64,000 nucleotides of DNA from the human T2T-CHM13v2.0 reference genome, Homo sapiens. Below the pieces are notes generated by a model that saw only the letters and a list, made by a program, of their open reading frames with translations, was not told the origin of the DNA and searched no databases. Position numbers and translations under genes: made by a program. Where the stretch lies: NCBI RefSeq assembly GCF_009914755.1, contig NC_060948.1. One strand, given 5' to 3'. This document shows positions 40,496-55,000 of this stretch, one piece after another (position 1 is the stretch's first letter; the number at the start of each line of letters is the position of its first letter).

Positions 40496-43400
40496 GGCCT
40501 CAAAGTGCTTCAAATGTCCACTTGCAGATTCTACAAAAAGAGTGTTTCAAAACTGCTCAATCAAAAGAAAGGTTCGACTCTGGGAAATTAATGCACACAT
40601 CACAAAGAAGTTTCTCAGCTTCTGTGTAGTTTTCATGTGAAGTTATTTCCTTTTCCACAATAGGCCGCAAAGGGCTCCAAATATCAACTTACAGATTCTA
40701 GGAAAAGAGAGTTTCAAAACTGCTCTATGAAAAGATAGGTTGAACTCTGTGAGATGAATGCACACATCACAAAGAAGTTTCTCAGAATGCATCTGTGTAG
40801 TTTTTACGGGAAGATATTTCCTTTTCCACCATCTTCCACAAAGGTCTCCAAGTAACCACTTGCAGATTCTACAGAAAGACACTTTAAAAACTGCTCTATC
40901 AAAAGATCAGTTCAAGTCTGTGGTTTGAATGCACACATCACAAAGAATTTTCTCAGAATGCTTCTGTGTAGTTTTCATATGAAGATATTTCCTTTTCCAC
41001 CATAGGCCTCAAAGCACTCCAAATATCCACTTGCAGATTCTACAAAAAGAGATTTTCAAAACTAGTCAATCAAAAGAAAGGTTCAACTCTGTCAGTTGAA
41101 TGCACATATCACAAACAAGTTTCTCGGAATGCGTCTGTGTAGTTTTTATGTGAAGATATTTCCTTCTCCACAACAGGCCTCAAAGTGCTCCGAATATCCA
41201 CTTGCAGATTTTACTAAAGAGTGTTTCCAAACTGCTCAATCAAGAGGAAGTTTCAAGTCTGTGAGCTGAACGCACACATCACAAAGTAGTTTCTGAGAAT
41301 GCTTCTGTGTAGTTTTTATGTGAAGATGTTTCCTTTTCCACCATAGGCTGCAAAGGGCTCCAAATATCCACTTGCAGATTCTACAAAAAGAGAGTTTCAA
41401 AAGTGCTCTATCAAAAGATAGGTTCAACTATGTGATATGAATGCACACATCACAAAGTAGTTTCTCAGAATGCTTCTGTGTAGTTTTTATGTAAAGATAT
41501 TTCCTTTTCCACCATAGGCCTCAAAGCACTCCAAATATCCACTTGCAGATTCTACAAAAAGAGATTTTCAAAACTATTTAATCAAAAGAAAGGTTCAAAT
41601 CTGTCAGTTGAAGGTACATATCACAAACAAGTTTATTGGAATGCTTCTGTGTAGTTTTTATGTGAAGATATTTCCTTTTCCACAACAGGCCTCCAGGTGC
41701 TCCAAATATCCACTTGCAGATTTCACTAAAAGTGTGTTTCCAAGCTGCTCAATCAAGAGGAAGTTTCAAGTCTGTGAGGTGAATGCACACATTACAAAGA
41801 AGTTACTGAGAATGCTTCTGTGTAGTTTTTATGTGAAGATATTTCCTTTTCCACCGCAGGCCTCAAAGCGCTGCAAATATCCACTTGCAGATTCTACAAA
41901 AAGAGAGTTTCAAAACTGCTGTATCAAAAGATAGGGTCAACTCTGCGAGTTGAATAAACACATCACAAATAAGTTTCTGGGAACGCTTCTGTATAGTTTT
42001 ATGTGAATATATTTCCTTTTCCACCATATGCCTCAAAGCACTCCAAATATCCACTTGCACATTATAGAAACATAGTCTTTCAAAACTTGTCAATCAAAGA
42101 AAGGTTCAACTCCGTGAGATGAGTGCACACATCACAGAGAAGTTTCTCGGAATGTTTCTGTGTAGTTTTTATGTGAAGATATTGCCTTTTCCACAATAGG
42201 CCTCAAAGCGTTCCAAATATCCAATTGCAGATTCCACAAAAAAAGTTTTTTAAAACTGCTCAATCAAATGATAGATTAAACTCTGTGAGATTAGTGCACA
42301 CATGTCAAAAAAGTTTCTCAGAATGCTTCTGTGTACTTTTTAGGGGAAGATATTTCCTTTTCCACCATCGGCCACAAAGGACTCCAAATAACCACATGCA
42401 GATTCTAGTAACACAGAGTTTCAAAACTGCTCTATCAAAAGATAAGTTCAACTCTGAGAGTTTAGTGCAACCATCGTGAAGAAGTTTCTCAGAATGCTTC
42501 TGAGTAGTGTTTATGTGAAGATATTTCCTTTTCCACCATAGGCCTGAAAGCCCTCCAAATATCCACTTGCAGATCCTACAAAAAGAAAGTTTCGAAATGC
42601 TCTCTCAAACGATAGTTTCGACTCTGTGGTATGAATACACACATCACAAAGAAGTTTCTCAGAATGCTTCTGTGTAGTTTTTAAATGAAGATATTTCTTT
42701 TTCCACCATAGGCCTCAAAGCACTCCAAATATGCACTTCCAGATTCTACAAAAAGAGTGTTTCAGAACTGCTCAATCAAAAGGAAGGTTCCAGTCTGAGA
42801 CAAATACACACATCAAAAGGTAGTTTCTCAGAATGCTTCTGTGTAGTTTTTATGTGAAGATATTTTCCTTTCCACCATAGGCCACAAATGGCTCTAAATA
42901 CCCACTTACATTTTCCACAAAAAGAGAGTTTCAAAACTGCTCTACCAAAGGTAAGTTTAACGCTGTGAGTTAAGAACATCACAAAGAAGTTTCTCAGAAT
43001 GCTTCTGTGTAGTTCTTACGTAAAGATATTTCCTTTTACACAATAGGCAGAAAAGTGCTCCAAATATCCACTTGAAGATTCTACAAAAACCGTGTTTCAA
43101 AACTGCCGAATCAAAAGAAAGGTTCAACTCTGTGAGATGAATGCACACATAACAAAGGAGTTTCTCAGAATGCTTCTGTGTAGCTTTTATATGAAGACAT
43201 TTAGTTTTCCACAACAGGCCTCAAAGCTCTCTCCATATCCACTTGCAGATTCTACCGAAAGAGTGCTTCCAAACTGCTCAATCAAAAGAGACATTCAAAT
43301 CTGTGAGGTGAATGCAGACATCGTAAAGAAGTTTCTCAGAATGCTTCTGTGTATTTTTTGTGTGAAGTTATTCGTTTTTGCACCATAGGCCTCCAAGCGT

Positions 43401-46280
43401 TCTAAATATCCACTTCTAGATTCTACAAAAAGAGAGTTTCAAAACTACTCAAACAAAAGGTTCAATTCTGTGAGTTGAAAGCAAACATCACAAAGAAGTT
43501 TCTCAGAATGCGTCTGTGTAGTTTTTATGTGAAGATATTTCCTTTTCACAATAGAATGCAAAGGGCTCCAAATATCCACTTGGAGATTCTACAAAAAGAG
43601 TTTCAAAACCGCTCTGTCAAATGATAGGTTGAACTCCCGGAGGTGAATACACACATCACAAAGAGGTTTCTCAGCATGCTTCTGTGTAGTTTTTATGTAA
43701 ACATATTTCCGTTTCTATCATAGGCCTCAAAGTGCTCCAAATATTCACTTGTACATTCTACCAAACGAGTATTTCAAAACTGCTCAATCAAATGGAAGGT
43801 TCAAAACTGTGACATGAATGCCCACATCACAAAGTAGTTTCTCAGAATGCTTCTGTGTAGTTTTTATGTGAAGATATTTCCTTTTCCACAACAGCGTGCA
43901 AAACGCTTCAAATATGCCCTTAGAGATTCCACAAAAAGAGTGTTTCCAAACTACTCAAATCAAAAAATGATTTCAACTCTGTGAGATGAATGCACACATC
44001 ACAAACTAGTTTCTCAGAATGTTTCTGCCTGGTTCTCATGCGAAGATAGTTCCTTTTTCACCATAGGCCGCAATGTACTCCAAATATCCACCTGCAGATT
44101 CTACAAAAGTGAGTTTCAAAACTGCTCTATCAAAAGATCAGTTCGTCTCTGTGAGTTGAATGCATACATCAAAAAGAAGCTTCTCAAAATGCTTCTGTGT
44201 GGTTTTTCGGTGAAGATAGTTCTTTTTCTACCATAGGTCTCAAACCACTCCAAATATCCACTTGTAGATTCTATAAAAAGGAATGTTCAAAATTGCTCAA
44301 TAAAAATAAAGTTTCAACACCGTGAGATGAGTGCACAAATCACAAAGAAGTTTCTCAAAATGCTTCTGGGTAGTTTTTCTGTGAAGATAGTTCCTTTTCT
44401 ACCATGGGCCACAAAGGGCTCCAAATACCCACTTGCAGATTCTACAAAAAGAGAGTTTCACAACTGCTCTATCAAACAATATGTTCAACTTTGTGGGTTG
44501 AACACAAATATCACAAGAATTTTCTCCCAATGCTTCTGTGTAGTTTTTATGTGAAGACATTTCTTTTCCCTCCATAGTCCACAAAGTGCTCCAAATATCC
44601 ACTTACATATTCTAGAAAAAGATTGCTTGGAAACTGCACAATGAAAAGAAAGGTTCAAATATATGAGATGAATGCACACATCACAAAGAAGTTTCTCAGA
44701 ATCTCTCTGTGTAATTTTTATGTGAAGATATTTCCTTTCCCACCTTAGGTCTTAAAACGCTCCAAATATCCACTTGCAGATACTACAAGAAGATTGTTTC
44801 AAAACTGCACAAAAAAAGAAATGTTCAATTCTGTTTGATGAATGCACACATCACAAAGAAGTTTCTCAGAATGCTTCTCTGTAGTTTTTATGTGAAGATA
44901 TTTCCTTTTCCACAATAGGCCTCAAAGGGCTCCAAATATCCACTTCCAGATTCTATGAAAAGAATATTTCCAAACTGCTCAATCATAGGAAATGTTCAAC
45001 TCTGTGAGATGAATGCACACATCACAAGAAATTTCTCAGAATCCTTCAGTGTAGGTTTTATGAGAAGATAATTCCTTTTCCACAATAGTTCTCAAAGCAC
45101 TCAAAATATCCACTTGCAGATTCTACAAAAGGAGTATTTCAAAACTGCTCAATCAAAAGAAAGGTTCAACTCTGTGAGATGAATGGACACATCACAAAGA
45201 AGTTTCTCAGAATGCTTCTGTGTAGTATTTTTGTGAAGATATTTCTTTTCCACCATAGACCGCCAGGGGACACAAATATCCACTTTCAGATTCTACAACA
45301 AGAGAGGTTCAAAACTACTCGATCAAGAGATGGTTTCAACTATGTGAGTTGAATGCACACATCACAAAGAACTATGTCGGAATTCTTCTGTGTAGTTTTT
45401 ATGTGAAGATATTTCCTTTTCCACAATAGACGTCAAAGTGATCCAGATATCCACTTGCAGATTCCACAAAAAGAGTGTTTCAAAAGTGCACAACCAAAAG
45501 AAAGGTTCAACTAGGTGAGATGAATGCACACATCAGAAGGAAGTTTCTCAGAATGCTTCTGCATAGCTTTTAAGGGAAGATACTTCCTTTTCCAACATAG
45601 GCCTCAAAGCACTCCAAATATCCTCCTGGAGATACCACAAAAAGAGTGTTTGCAAACTGCTCAATCAAAAGAAAGATTTAACTCTGTGAGATGAATCCAC
45701 ACATGACAAAGAAGTTTCTCAGAATGCTTCTGTGTAGTTTTTATGTGAAGATATTTCCTTTTCCACAATAAGACCCAAAAGGCTCCAAATATTCACTTGC
45801 AGATTCTAAAAAAAACAGTGTTTCAAAACTGCTCAATCAAAAGATAGTTCAACTCTGTGAGAAGAATGCTCACATCACTGAGAAGTTTCTCAGAATGCTT
45901 CTGTGTAGTTTTTATATGAAGATATTTCCTTTCCCACCGTAGGCCACAAAAGGCTCCAAATATCCACTTGCAGATACTATGAAAAGAGAGTTTCAAAACT
46001 GCTCATTCAAAAGATAGGTTCAACTCTGTGGTTTGAATGCACACAGCACAAAGAAGTTTCACAGAATGTGTCTGTGTAGTTTTTATGTGCGGATGTTTCC
46101 TTTTCCACCATATGCCTAAATATTTCCCAATTTCCACTTGCAGATTCCACAAGAAGAGTGTTTCAAAACTGCTGTATCAAATAAAGTTGAACTCTGTGAG
46201 GTGAATGCACACAGCACAAAATGGTTTCTCAGAATGCTTCCTTGTTGTTTTTATATGAAGATGTTTCCTTTTCAACAATA
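40496..46280 (-). repeat. HOR copy 8
   Basis: Same period; T at 40728, otherwise close to the local consensus. Confidence 0.95.
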
Positions 46281-49200
46281 GGCCTCAAAGTGCTTCAAAT
46301 GTCCACTTGCAGATTCTACAAAAAGAGTGTTTCAAAACTGCTCAATCAAAAGAAAGGTTCGACTCTGGGAAATTAATGCACACATCACAAAGAAGTTTCT
46401 CAGCTTCTGTGTAGTTTTCATGTGAAGTTATTTCCTTTTCCACAATAGGCCGCAAAGGGCTCCAAATATCAACTTACAGATTCTAGGAAAAGAGAGTTTC
46501 AAAACTGCTCTACGAAAAGATAGGTTGAACTCTGTGAGATGAATGCACACATCACAAAGAAGTTTCTCAGAATGCATCTGTGTAGATTTTACGGGAAGAT
46601 ATTTCCTTTTCCACCATCTTCCACAAAGGTCTCCAAGTAACCACTTGCAGATTCTACAGAAAGACACTTTAAAAACTGCTCTATCAAAAGATCAGTTCAA
46701 GTCTGTGGTTTGAATGCACACATCACAAAGAATTTTCTCAGAATGCTTCTGTGTAGTTTTCATATGAAGATATTTCCTTTTCCACCATAGGCCTCAAAGC
46801 ACTCCAAATATCCACTTGCAGATTCTACAAAAAGAGATTTTCAAAACTAGTCAATCAAAAGAAAGGTTCAACTCTGTCAGTTGAATGCACATATCACAAA
46901 CAAGTTTCTCGGAATGCGTCTGTGTAGTTTTTATGTGAAGATATTTCCTCCTCCACAACAGGCCTCAAAGTGCTCCGAATATCCACTTGCAGATTTTACT
47001 AAAGAGTGTTTCCAAACTGCTCAATCAAGAGGAAGTTTCAAGTCTGTGAGCTGAACGCACACATCACAAAGTAGTTTCTGAGAATGCTTCTGTGTAGTTT
47101 TTATGTGAAGATGTTTCCTTTTCCACCATAGGCTGCAAAGGGCTCCAAATATCCACTTGCAGATTCTACAAAAAGAGAGTTTCAAAAGTGCTCTATCAAA
47201 AGATAGGTTCAACTATGTGATATGAATGCACACATCACAAAGTAGTTTCTCAGAATGCTTCTGTGTAGTTTTTATGTAAAGATATTTCCTTTTCCACCAT
47301 AGGCCTCAAAGCACTCCAAATATCCACTTGCAGATTCTACAAAAAGAGATTTTCAAAACTATTTAATCAAAAGAAAGGTTCAAATCTGTCAGTTGAAGGT
47401 ACATATCACAAACAAGTTTATTGGAATGCTTCTGTGTAGTTTTTATGTGAAGATATTTCCTTTTCCACAACAGGCCTCAAGGTGCTCCAAATATCCACTT
47501 GCAGATTTCACTAAAAGTGTGTTTCCAAGCTGCTCAATCAAGAGGAAGTTTCAAGTCTGTGAGGTGAATGCACACATTACAAAGAAGTTACTGAGAATGC
47601 TTCTGTGTAGTTTTTATGTGAAGATATTTCCTTTTCCACCGCAGGCCTCAAAGCGCTGCAAATATCCACTTGCAGATTCTACAAAAAGAGAGTTTCAAAA
47701 CTGCTGTATCAAAAGATAGGGTCAACTCTGCGAGTTGAATAAGCACATCACAAATAAGTTTCTGGGAACGCTTCTGTATAGTTTTATGTGAATATATTTC
47801 CTTTTCCACCATATGCCTCAAAGCACTCCAAATATCCACTTGCACATTATAGAAACATAGTCTTTCAAAACTTGTCAATCAAAGAAAGGTTCAACTCCGT
47901 GAGATGAGTGCACACATCACAGAGAAGTTTCTCGGAATGTTTCTGTGTAGTTTTTATGTGAAGATATTGCCTTTTCCACAATAGGCCTCAAAGCGTTCCA
48001 AATATCCAATTGCAGATTCCACAAAAAAAGTTTTTTAAAACTGCTCAATCAAATGATAGATTAAACTCTGTGAGATTAGTGCACACATGTCAAAAAAGTT
48101 TCTCAGAATGCTTCTGTGTACTTTTTAGGGGAAGATATTTCCTTTTCCACCATCGGCCACAAAGGACTCCAAATAACCACACGCAGATTCTAGTAACACA
48201 GAGTTTCAAAACTGCTCTATCAAAAGATAAGTTCAACTCTGAGAGTTTAGTGCAACCATCGTGAAGAAGTTTCTCAGAATGCTTCTGAGTAGTGTTTATG
48301 TGAAGATATTTCCTTTTCCACCATAGGCCTGAAAGCCCTCCAAATATCCACTTGCAGATCCTACAAAAAGAAAGTTTCGAAATGCTCTCTCAAACGATAG
48401 TTTCGACTCTGTGGTATGAATACACACATCACAAAGAAGTTTCTCAGAATGCTTCTGTGTAGTTTTTAAATGAAGATATTTCTTTTTCCACCATAGGCCT
48501 CAAAGCACTCCAAATATGCACTTCCAGATTCTACAAAAAGAGTGTTTCAGAACTGCTCAATCAAAAGGAAGGTTCCAGTCTGAGACAAATACACACATCA
48601 AAAGGTAGTTTCTCAGAATGCTTCTGTGTAGTTTTTATGTGAAGATATTTTCCTTTCCACCATAGGCCACAAATGGCTCTAAATACCCACTTACATTTTC
48701 CACAAAAAGAGAGTTTCAAAACTGCTCTACCAAAGGTAAGTTTAACGCTGTGAGTTAAGAACATCACAAAGAAGTTTCTCAGAATGCTTCTGTGTAGTTC
48801 TTACGTAAAGATATTTCCTTTTACACAATAGGCAGAAAAGTGCTCCAAATATCCACTTGAAGATTCTACAAAAACCGTGTTTCAAAACTGCCGAATCAAA
48901 AGAAAGGTTCAACTCTGTGAGATGAATGCACACATAACAAAGGAGTTTCTCAGAATGCTTCTGTGTAGCTTTTATATGAAGACATTTAGTTTTCCACAAC
49001 AGGCCTCAAAGCTCTCTCCATATCCACTTGCAGATTCTACCGAAAGAGTGCTTCCAAACTGCTCAATCAAAAGAGACATTCAAATCTGTGAGGTGAATGC
49101 AGACATCGTAAAGAAGTTTCTCAGAATGCTTCTGTGTATTTTTTGTGTGAAGTTATTCGTTTTTGCACCATAGGCCTCCAAGCGTTCTAAATATCCACTT

Positions 49201-52065
49201 CTAGATTCTACAAAAAGAGAGTTTCAAAACTACTCAAACAAAAGGTTCAATTCTGTGAGTTGAAAGCAAACATCACAAAGAAGTTTCTCAGAATGCGTCT
49301 GTGTAGTTTTGATGTGAAGATATTTCCTTTTCACAGTAGAATGCAAAGGGCTCCAAATATCCACTTGGAGATTCTACAAAAAGAGTTTCAAAACCGCTCT
49401 GTCAAATGATAGGTTGAACTCCCGGAGGTGAATACACACATCACAAAGAGGTTTCTCAGCATGCTTCTGTGTAGTTTTTATGTAAACATATTTCCGTTTC
49501 TATCATAGGCCTCAAAGTGCTCCAAATATTCACTTGTACATTCTACCAAACGAGTATTTCAAAACTGCTCAATCAAATGGAAGGTTCAAAACCGTGACAT
49601 GAATGCCCACATCACAAAGTAGTTTCTCAGAATGCTTCTGTGTAGTTTTTATGTGAAGATATTTCCTTTTCCACAACAGCGTGCAAAACGCTTCAAATAT
49701 GCCCTTAGAGATTCCACAAAAAGAGTGTTTCCAAACTACTCAAATCAAAAAATGATTTCAACTCTGTGAGATGAATGCACACATCACAAACTAGTTTCTC
49801 AGAATGTTTCTGCCTGGTTCTCATGCGAAGATAGTTCCTTTTTCACCATAGGCCGCAATGTACTCCAAATATCCACCTGCAGATTCTACAAAAGTGAGTT
49901 TCAAAACTGCTCTATCAAAAGATCAGTTCGTCTCTGTGAGTTGAATGCATACATCAAAAAGAAGCTTCTCAAAATGCTTCTGTGTGGTTTTTCGGTGAAG
50001 ATAGTTCTTTTTCTACCATAGGTCTCAAACCACTCCAAATATCCACTTGTAGATTCTATAAAAAGGAATGTTCAAAATTGCTCAATAAAAATAAAGTTTC
50101 AACACCGTGAGATGAGTGCACAAATCACAAAGGAGTTTCTCAAAATGCTTCTGGGTAGTTTTTCTGTGAAGATAGTTCCTTTTCTACCATGGGCCACAAA
50201 GGGCTCCAAATACCCACTTGCAGATTCTACAAAAAGAGAGTTTCACAACTGCTCTATCAAACAATATGTTCAACTTTGTGGGTTGAACACAAATATCACA
50301 AGAATTTTCTCCCAATGCTTCTGTGTAGTTTTTATGTGAAGACATTTCTTTTCCCTCCATAGTCCACAAAGTGCTCCAAATATCCACTTACATATTCTAG
50401 AAAAAGATTGCTTGGAAACTGCACAATGAAAAGAAAGGTTCAAATATATGAGATGAATGCACACATCACAAAGAAGTTTCTCAGAATCTCTCTGTGTAAT
50501 TTTTATGTGAAGATATTTCCTTTCCCACCTTAGGTCTTAAAACGCTCCAAATATCCACTTGCAGATACTACAAGAAGATTGTTTCAAAACTGCACAAAAA
50601 AAGAAATGTTCAATTCTGTTTGATGAATGCACACATCACAAAGAAGTTTCTCAGAATGCTTCTCTGTAGTTTTTATGTGAAGATATTTCCTTTTCCACAA
50701 TAGGCCTCAAAGGGCTCCAAATATCCACTTCCAGATTCTATGAAAAGAATATTTCCAAACTGCTCAATCATAGGAAATGTTCAACTCTGTGAGATGAATG
50801 CACACATCACAAGAAATTTCTCAGAATCCTTCAGTGTAGGTTTTATGAGAAGATAATTCCTTTTCCACAATAGTTCTCAAAGCACTCAAAATATCCACTT
50901 GCAGATTCTACAAAAGGAGTATTTCAAAACTGCTCAATCAAAAGAAAGGTTCAACTCTGTGGGATGAATGGACACATCACAAAGAAGTTTCTCAGAATGC
51001 TTCTGTGTAGTATTTTTGTGAAGATATTTCTTTTCCACCATAGACCGCCAGGGGACACAAATATCCACTTTCAGATTCTACAACAAGAGAGGTTCAAAAC
51101 TACTCGATCAAGAGATGGTTTCAACTATGTGAGTTGAATGCACACATCACAAAGAACTATGTCGGAATTCTTCTGTGTAGTTTTTATGTGAAGATATTTC
51201 CTTTTCCACAATAGACGTCAAAGTGATCCAGATATCCACTTGCAGATTCCACAAAAAGAGTGTTTCAAAAGTGCACAACCAAAAGAAAGGTTCAACTAGG
51301 TGAGATGAATGCACACATCAGAAGGAAGTTTCTCAGAATGCTTCTGCATAGCTTTTAAGGGAAGATACTTCCTTTTCCAACATAGGCCTCAAAGCACTCC
51401 AAATATCCTCCTGGAGATACCACAAAAAGAGTGTTTGCAAACTGCTCAATCAAAAGAAAGATTTAACTCTGTGAGATGAATCCACACATGACAAAGAAGT
51501 TTCTCAGAATGCTTCTGTGTAGTTTTTATGTGAAGATATTTCCTTTTCCACAATAAGACCCAAAAGGCTCCAAATATTCACTTGCAGATTCTAAAAAAAA
51601 CAGTGTTTCAAAACTGCTCAATCAAAAGATAGTTCAACTCTGTGAGAAGAATGCTCACATCACTGAGAAGTTTCTCAGAATGCTTCTGTGTAGTTTTTAT
51701 ATGAAGATATTTCCTTTCCCACCGTAGGCCACAAAAGGCTCCAAATATCCACTTGCAGATACTATGAAAAGAGAGTTTCAAAACTGCTCATTCAAAAGAT
51801 AGGTTCAACTCTGTGGTTTGAATGCACACAGCACAAAGAAGTTTCACAGAATGTGTCTGTGTAGTTTTTATGTGCGGATGTTTCCTTTTCCACCATATGC
51901 CTAAATATTTCCCAATTTCCACTTGCAGATTCCACAAGAAGAGTGTTTCAAAACTGCTGTATCAAATAAAGTTGAACTCTGTGAGGTGAATGCACACAGC
52001 ACAAAATGGTTTCTCAGAATGCTTCCTTGTTGTTTTTATATGAAGATGTTTCCTTTTCAACAATA
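46281..52065 (-). repeat. HOR copy 9 (most divergent copy seen)
   Basis: Private variants at 46586, 46950, 47743, 48182, 49593; shared variants at 47479, 49311, 49336, 50133, 50962. Confidence 0.95.
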
Positions 52066-55000
52066 GGCCTCAAAGTGCTTCAAATGTCCACTTGCAGATT
52101 CTACAAAAAGAGTGTTTCAAAACTGCTCAATCAAAAGAAAGGTTCGACTCTGGGAAATTAATGCACACATCACAAAGAAGTTTCTCAGCTTCTGTGTAGT
52201 TTTCATGTGAAGTTATTTCCTTTTCCACAATAGGCCGCAAAGGGCTCCAAATATCAACTTACAGATTCTAGGAAAAGAGAGTTTCAAAACTGCTCTACGA
52301 AAAGATAGGTTGAACTCTGTGAGATGAATGCACACATCACAAAGAAGTTTCTCAGAATGCATCTGTGTAGTTTTTACGGGAAGATATTTCCTTTTCCACC
52401 ATCTTCCACAAAGGTCTCCAAGTAACCACTTGCAGACTCTACAGAAAGACACTTTAAAAACTGCTCTATCAAAAGATCAGTTCAAGTCTGTGGTTTGAAT
52501 GCACACATCACAAAGAATTTTCTCAGAATGCTTCTGTGTAGTTTTCATATGAAGATATTTCCTTTTCCACCATAGGCCTCAAAGCACTCCAAATATCCAC
52601 TTGCAGATTCTACAAAAAGAGATTTTCAAAACTAGTCAATCAAAAGAAAGGTTCAACTCTGTCAGTTGAATGCACATATCACAAACAAGTTTCTCGGAAT
52701 GCGTCTGTGTAGTTTTTATGTGAAGATATTTCCTTCTCCACAACAGGCCTCAAAGTGCTCCGAATATCCACTTGCAGATTTTACTAAAGAGTGTTTCCAA
52801 ACTGCTCAATCAAGAGGAAGTTTCAAGTCTGTGAGCTGAACGCACACATCACAAAGTAGTTTCTGAGAATGCTTCTGTGTAGTTTTTATGTGAAGATGTT
52901 TCCTTTTCCACCATAGGCTGCAAAGGGCTCCAAATATCCACTTGCAGATTCTACAAAAAGAGAGTTTCAAAAGTGCTCTATCAAAAGATAGGTTCAACTA
53001 TGTGATATGAATGCACACATCACAAAGTAGTTTCTCAGAATGCTTCTGTGTAGTTTTTATGTAAAGATATTTCCTTTTCCACCATAGGCCTCAAAGCACT
53101 CCAAATATCCACTTGCAGATTCTACAAAAAGAGATTTTCAAAACTATTTAATCAAAAGAAAGGTTCAAATCTGTCAGTTGAAGGTACATATCACAAATAA
53201 GTTTATTGGAATGCTTCTGTGTAGTTTTTATGTGAAGATATTTCCTTTTCCACAACAGGCCTCAAGGTGCTCCAAATATCCACTTGCAGATTTCACTAAA
53301 AGTGTGTTTCCAAGCTGCTCAATCAAGAGGAAGTTTCAAGTCTGTGAGGTGAATGCACACATTACAAAGAAGTTACTGAGAATGCTTCTGTGTAGTTTTT
53401 ATGTGAAGATATTTCCTTTTCCACCACAGGCCTCAAAGCGCTGCAAATATCCACTTGCAGATTCTACAAAAAGAGAGTTTCAAAACTGCTGTATCAAAAG
53501 ATAGGGTCAACTCTGCGAGTTGAATAAACACATCACAAATAAGTTTCTGGGAACGCTTCTGTATAGTTTTATGTGAATATATTTCCTTTTCCACCATATG
53601 CCTCAAAGCACTCCAAATATCCACTTGCACATTATAGAAACATAGTCTTTCAAAACTTGTCAATCAAAGAAAGGTTCAACTCCGTGAGATGAGTGCACAC
53701 ATCACAGAGAAGTTTCTCGGAATGTTTCTGTGTAGTTTTTATGTGAAGATATTGCCTTTTCCACAATAGGCCTCAAAGCGTTCCAAATATCCAATTGCAG
53801 ATTCCACAAAAAAAGTTTTTTAAAACTGCTCAATCAAATGATAGATTAAACTCTGTGAGATTAGTGCACACATGTCAAAAAAGTTTCTCAGAATGCTTCT
53901 GTGTACTTTTTAGGGGAAGATATTTCCTTTTCCACCATCGGCCACAAAGGACTCCAAATAACCACATGCAGATTCTAGTAACACAGAGTTTCAAAACTGC
54001 TCTATCAAAAGATAAGTTCAACTCTGAGAGTTTAGTGCAACCATCGTGAAGAAGTTTCTCAGAATGCTTCTGAGTAGTGTTTATGTGAAGATATTTCCTT
54101 TTCCACCATAGGCCTGAAAGCCCTCCAAATATCCACTTGCAGATCCTACAAAAAGAAAGTTTCGAAATGCTCTCTCAAACGATAGTTTCGACTCTGTGGT
54201 ATGAATACACACATCACAAAGAAGTTTCTCAGAATGCTTCTGTGTAGTTTTTAAATGAAGATATTTCTTTTTCCACCATAGGCCTCAAAGCACTCCAAAT
54301 ATGCACTTCCAGATTCTACAAAAAGAGTGTTTCAGAACTGCTCAATCAAAAGGAAGGTTCCAGTCTGAGACAAATACACACATCAAAAGGTAGTTTCTCA
54401 GAATGCTTCTGTGTAGTTTTTATGTGAAGATATTTTCCTTTCCACCATAGGCCACAAATGGCTCTAAATACCCACTTACATTTTCCACAAAAAGAGAGTT
54501 TCAAAACTGCTCTACCAAAGGTAAGTTTAACGCTGTGAGTTAAGAACATCACAAAGAAGTTTCTCAGAATGCTTCTGTGTAGTTCTTACGTAAAGATATT
54601 TCCTTTTACACAATAGGCAGAAAAGTGCTCCAAATATCCACTTGAAGATTCTACAAAAACCGTGTTTCAAAACTGCCGAATCAAAAGAAAGGTTCAACTC
54701 TGTGAGATGAATGCACACATAACAAAGGAGTTTCTCAGAATGCTTCTGTGTAGCTTTTATATGAAGACATTTAGTTTTCCACAACAGGCCTCAAAGCTCT
54801 CTCCATATCCACTTGCAGATTCTACCGAAAGAGTGCTTCCAAACTGCTCAATCAAAAGAGACATTCAAATCTGTGAGGTGAATGCAGACATCGTAAAGAA
54901 GTTTCTCAGAATGCTTCTGTGTATTTTTTGTGTGAAGTTATTCGTTTTTGCACCATAGGCCTCCAAGCGTTCTAAATATCCACTTCTAGATTCTACAAAA

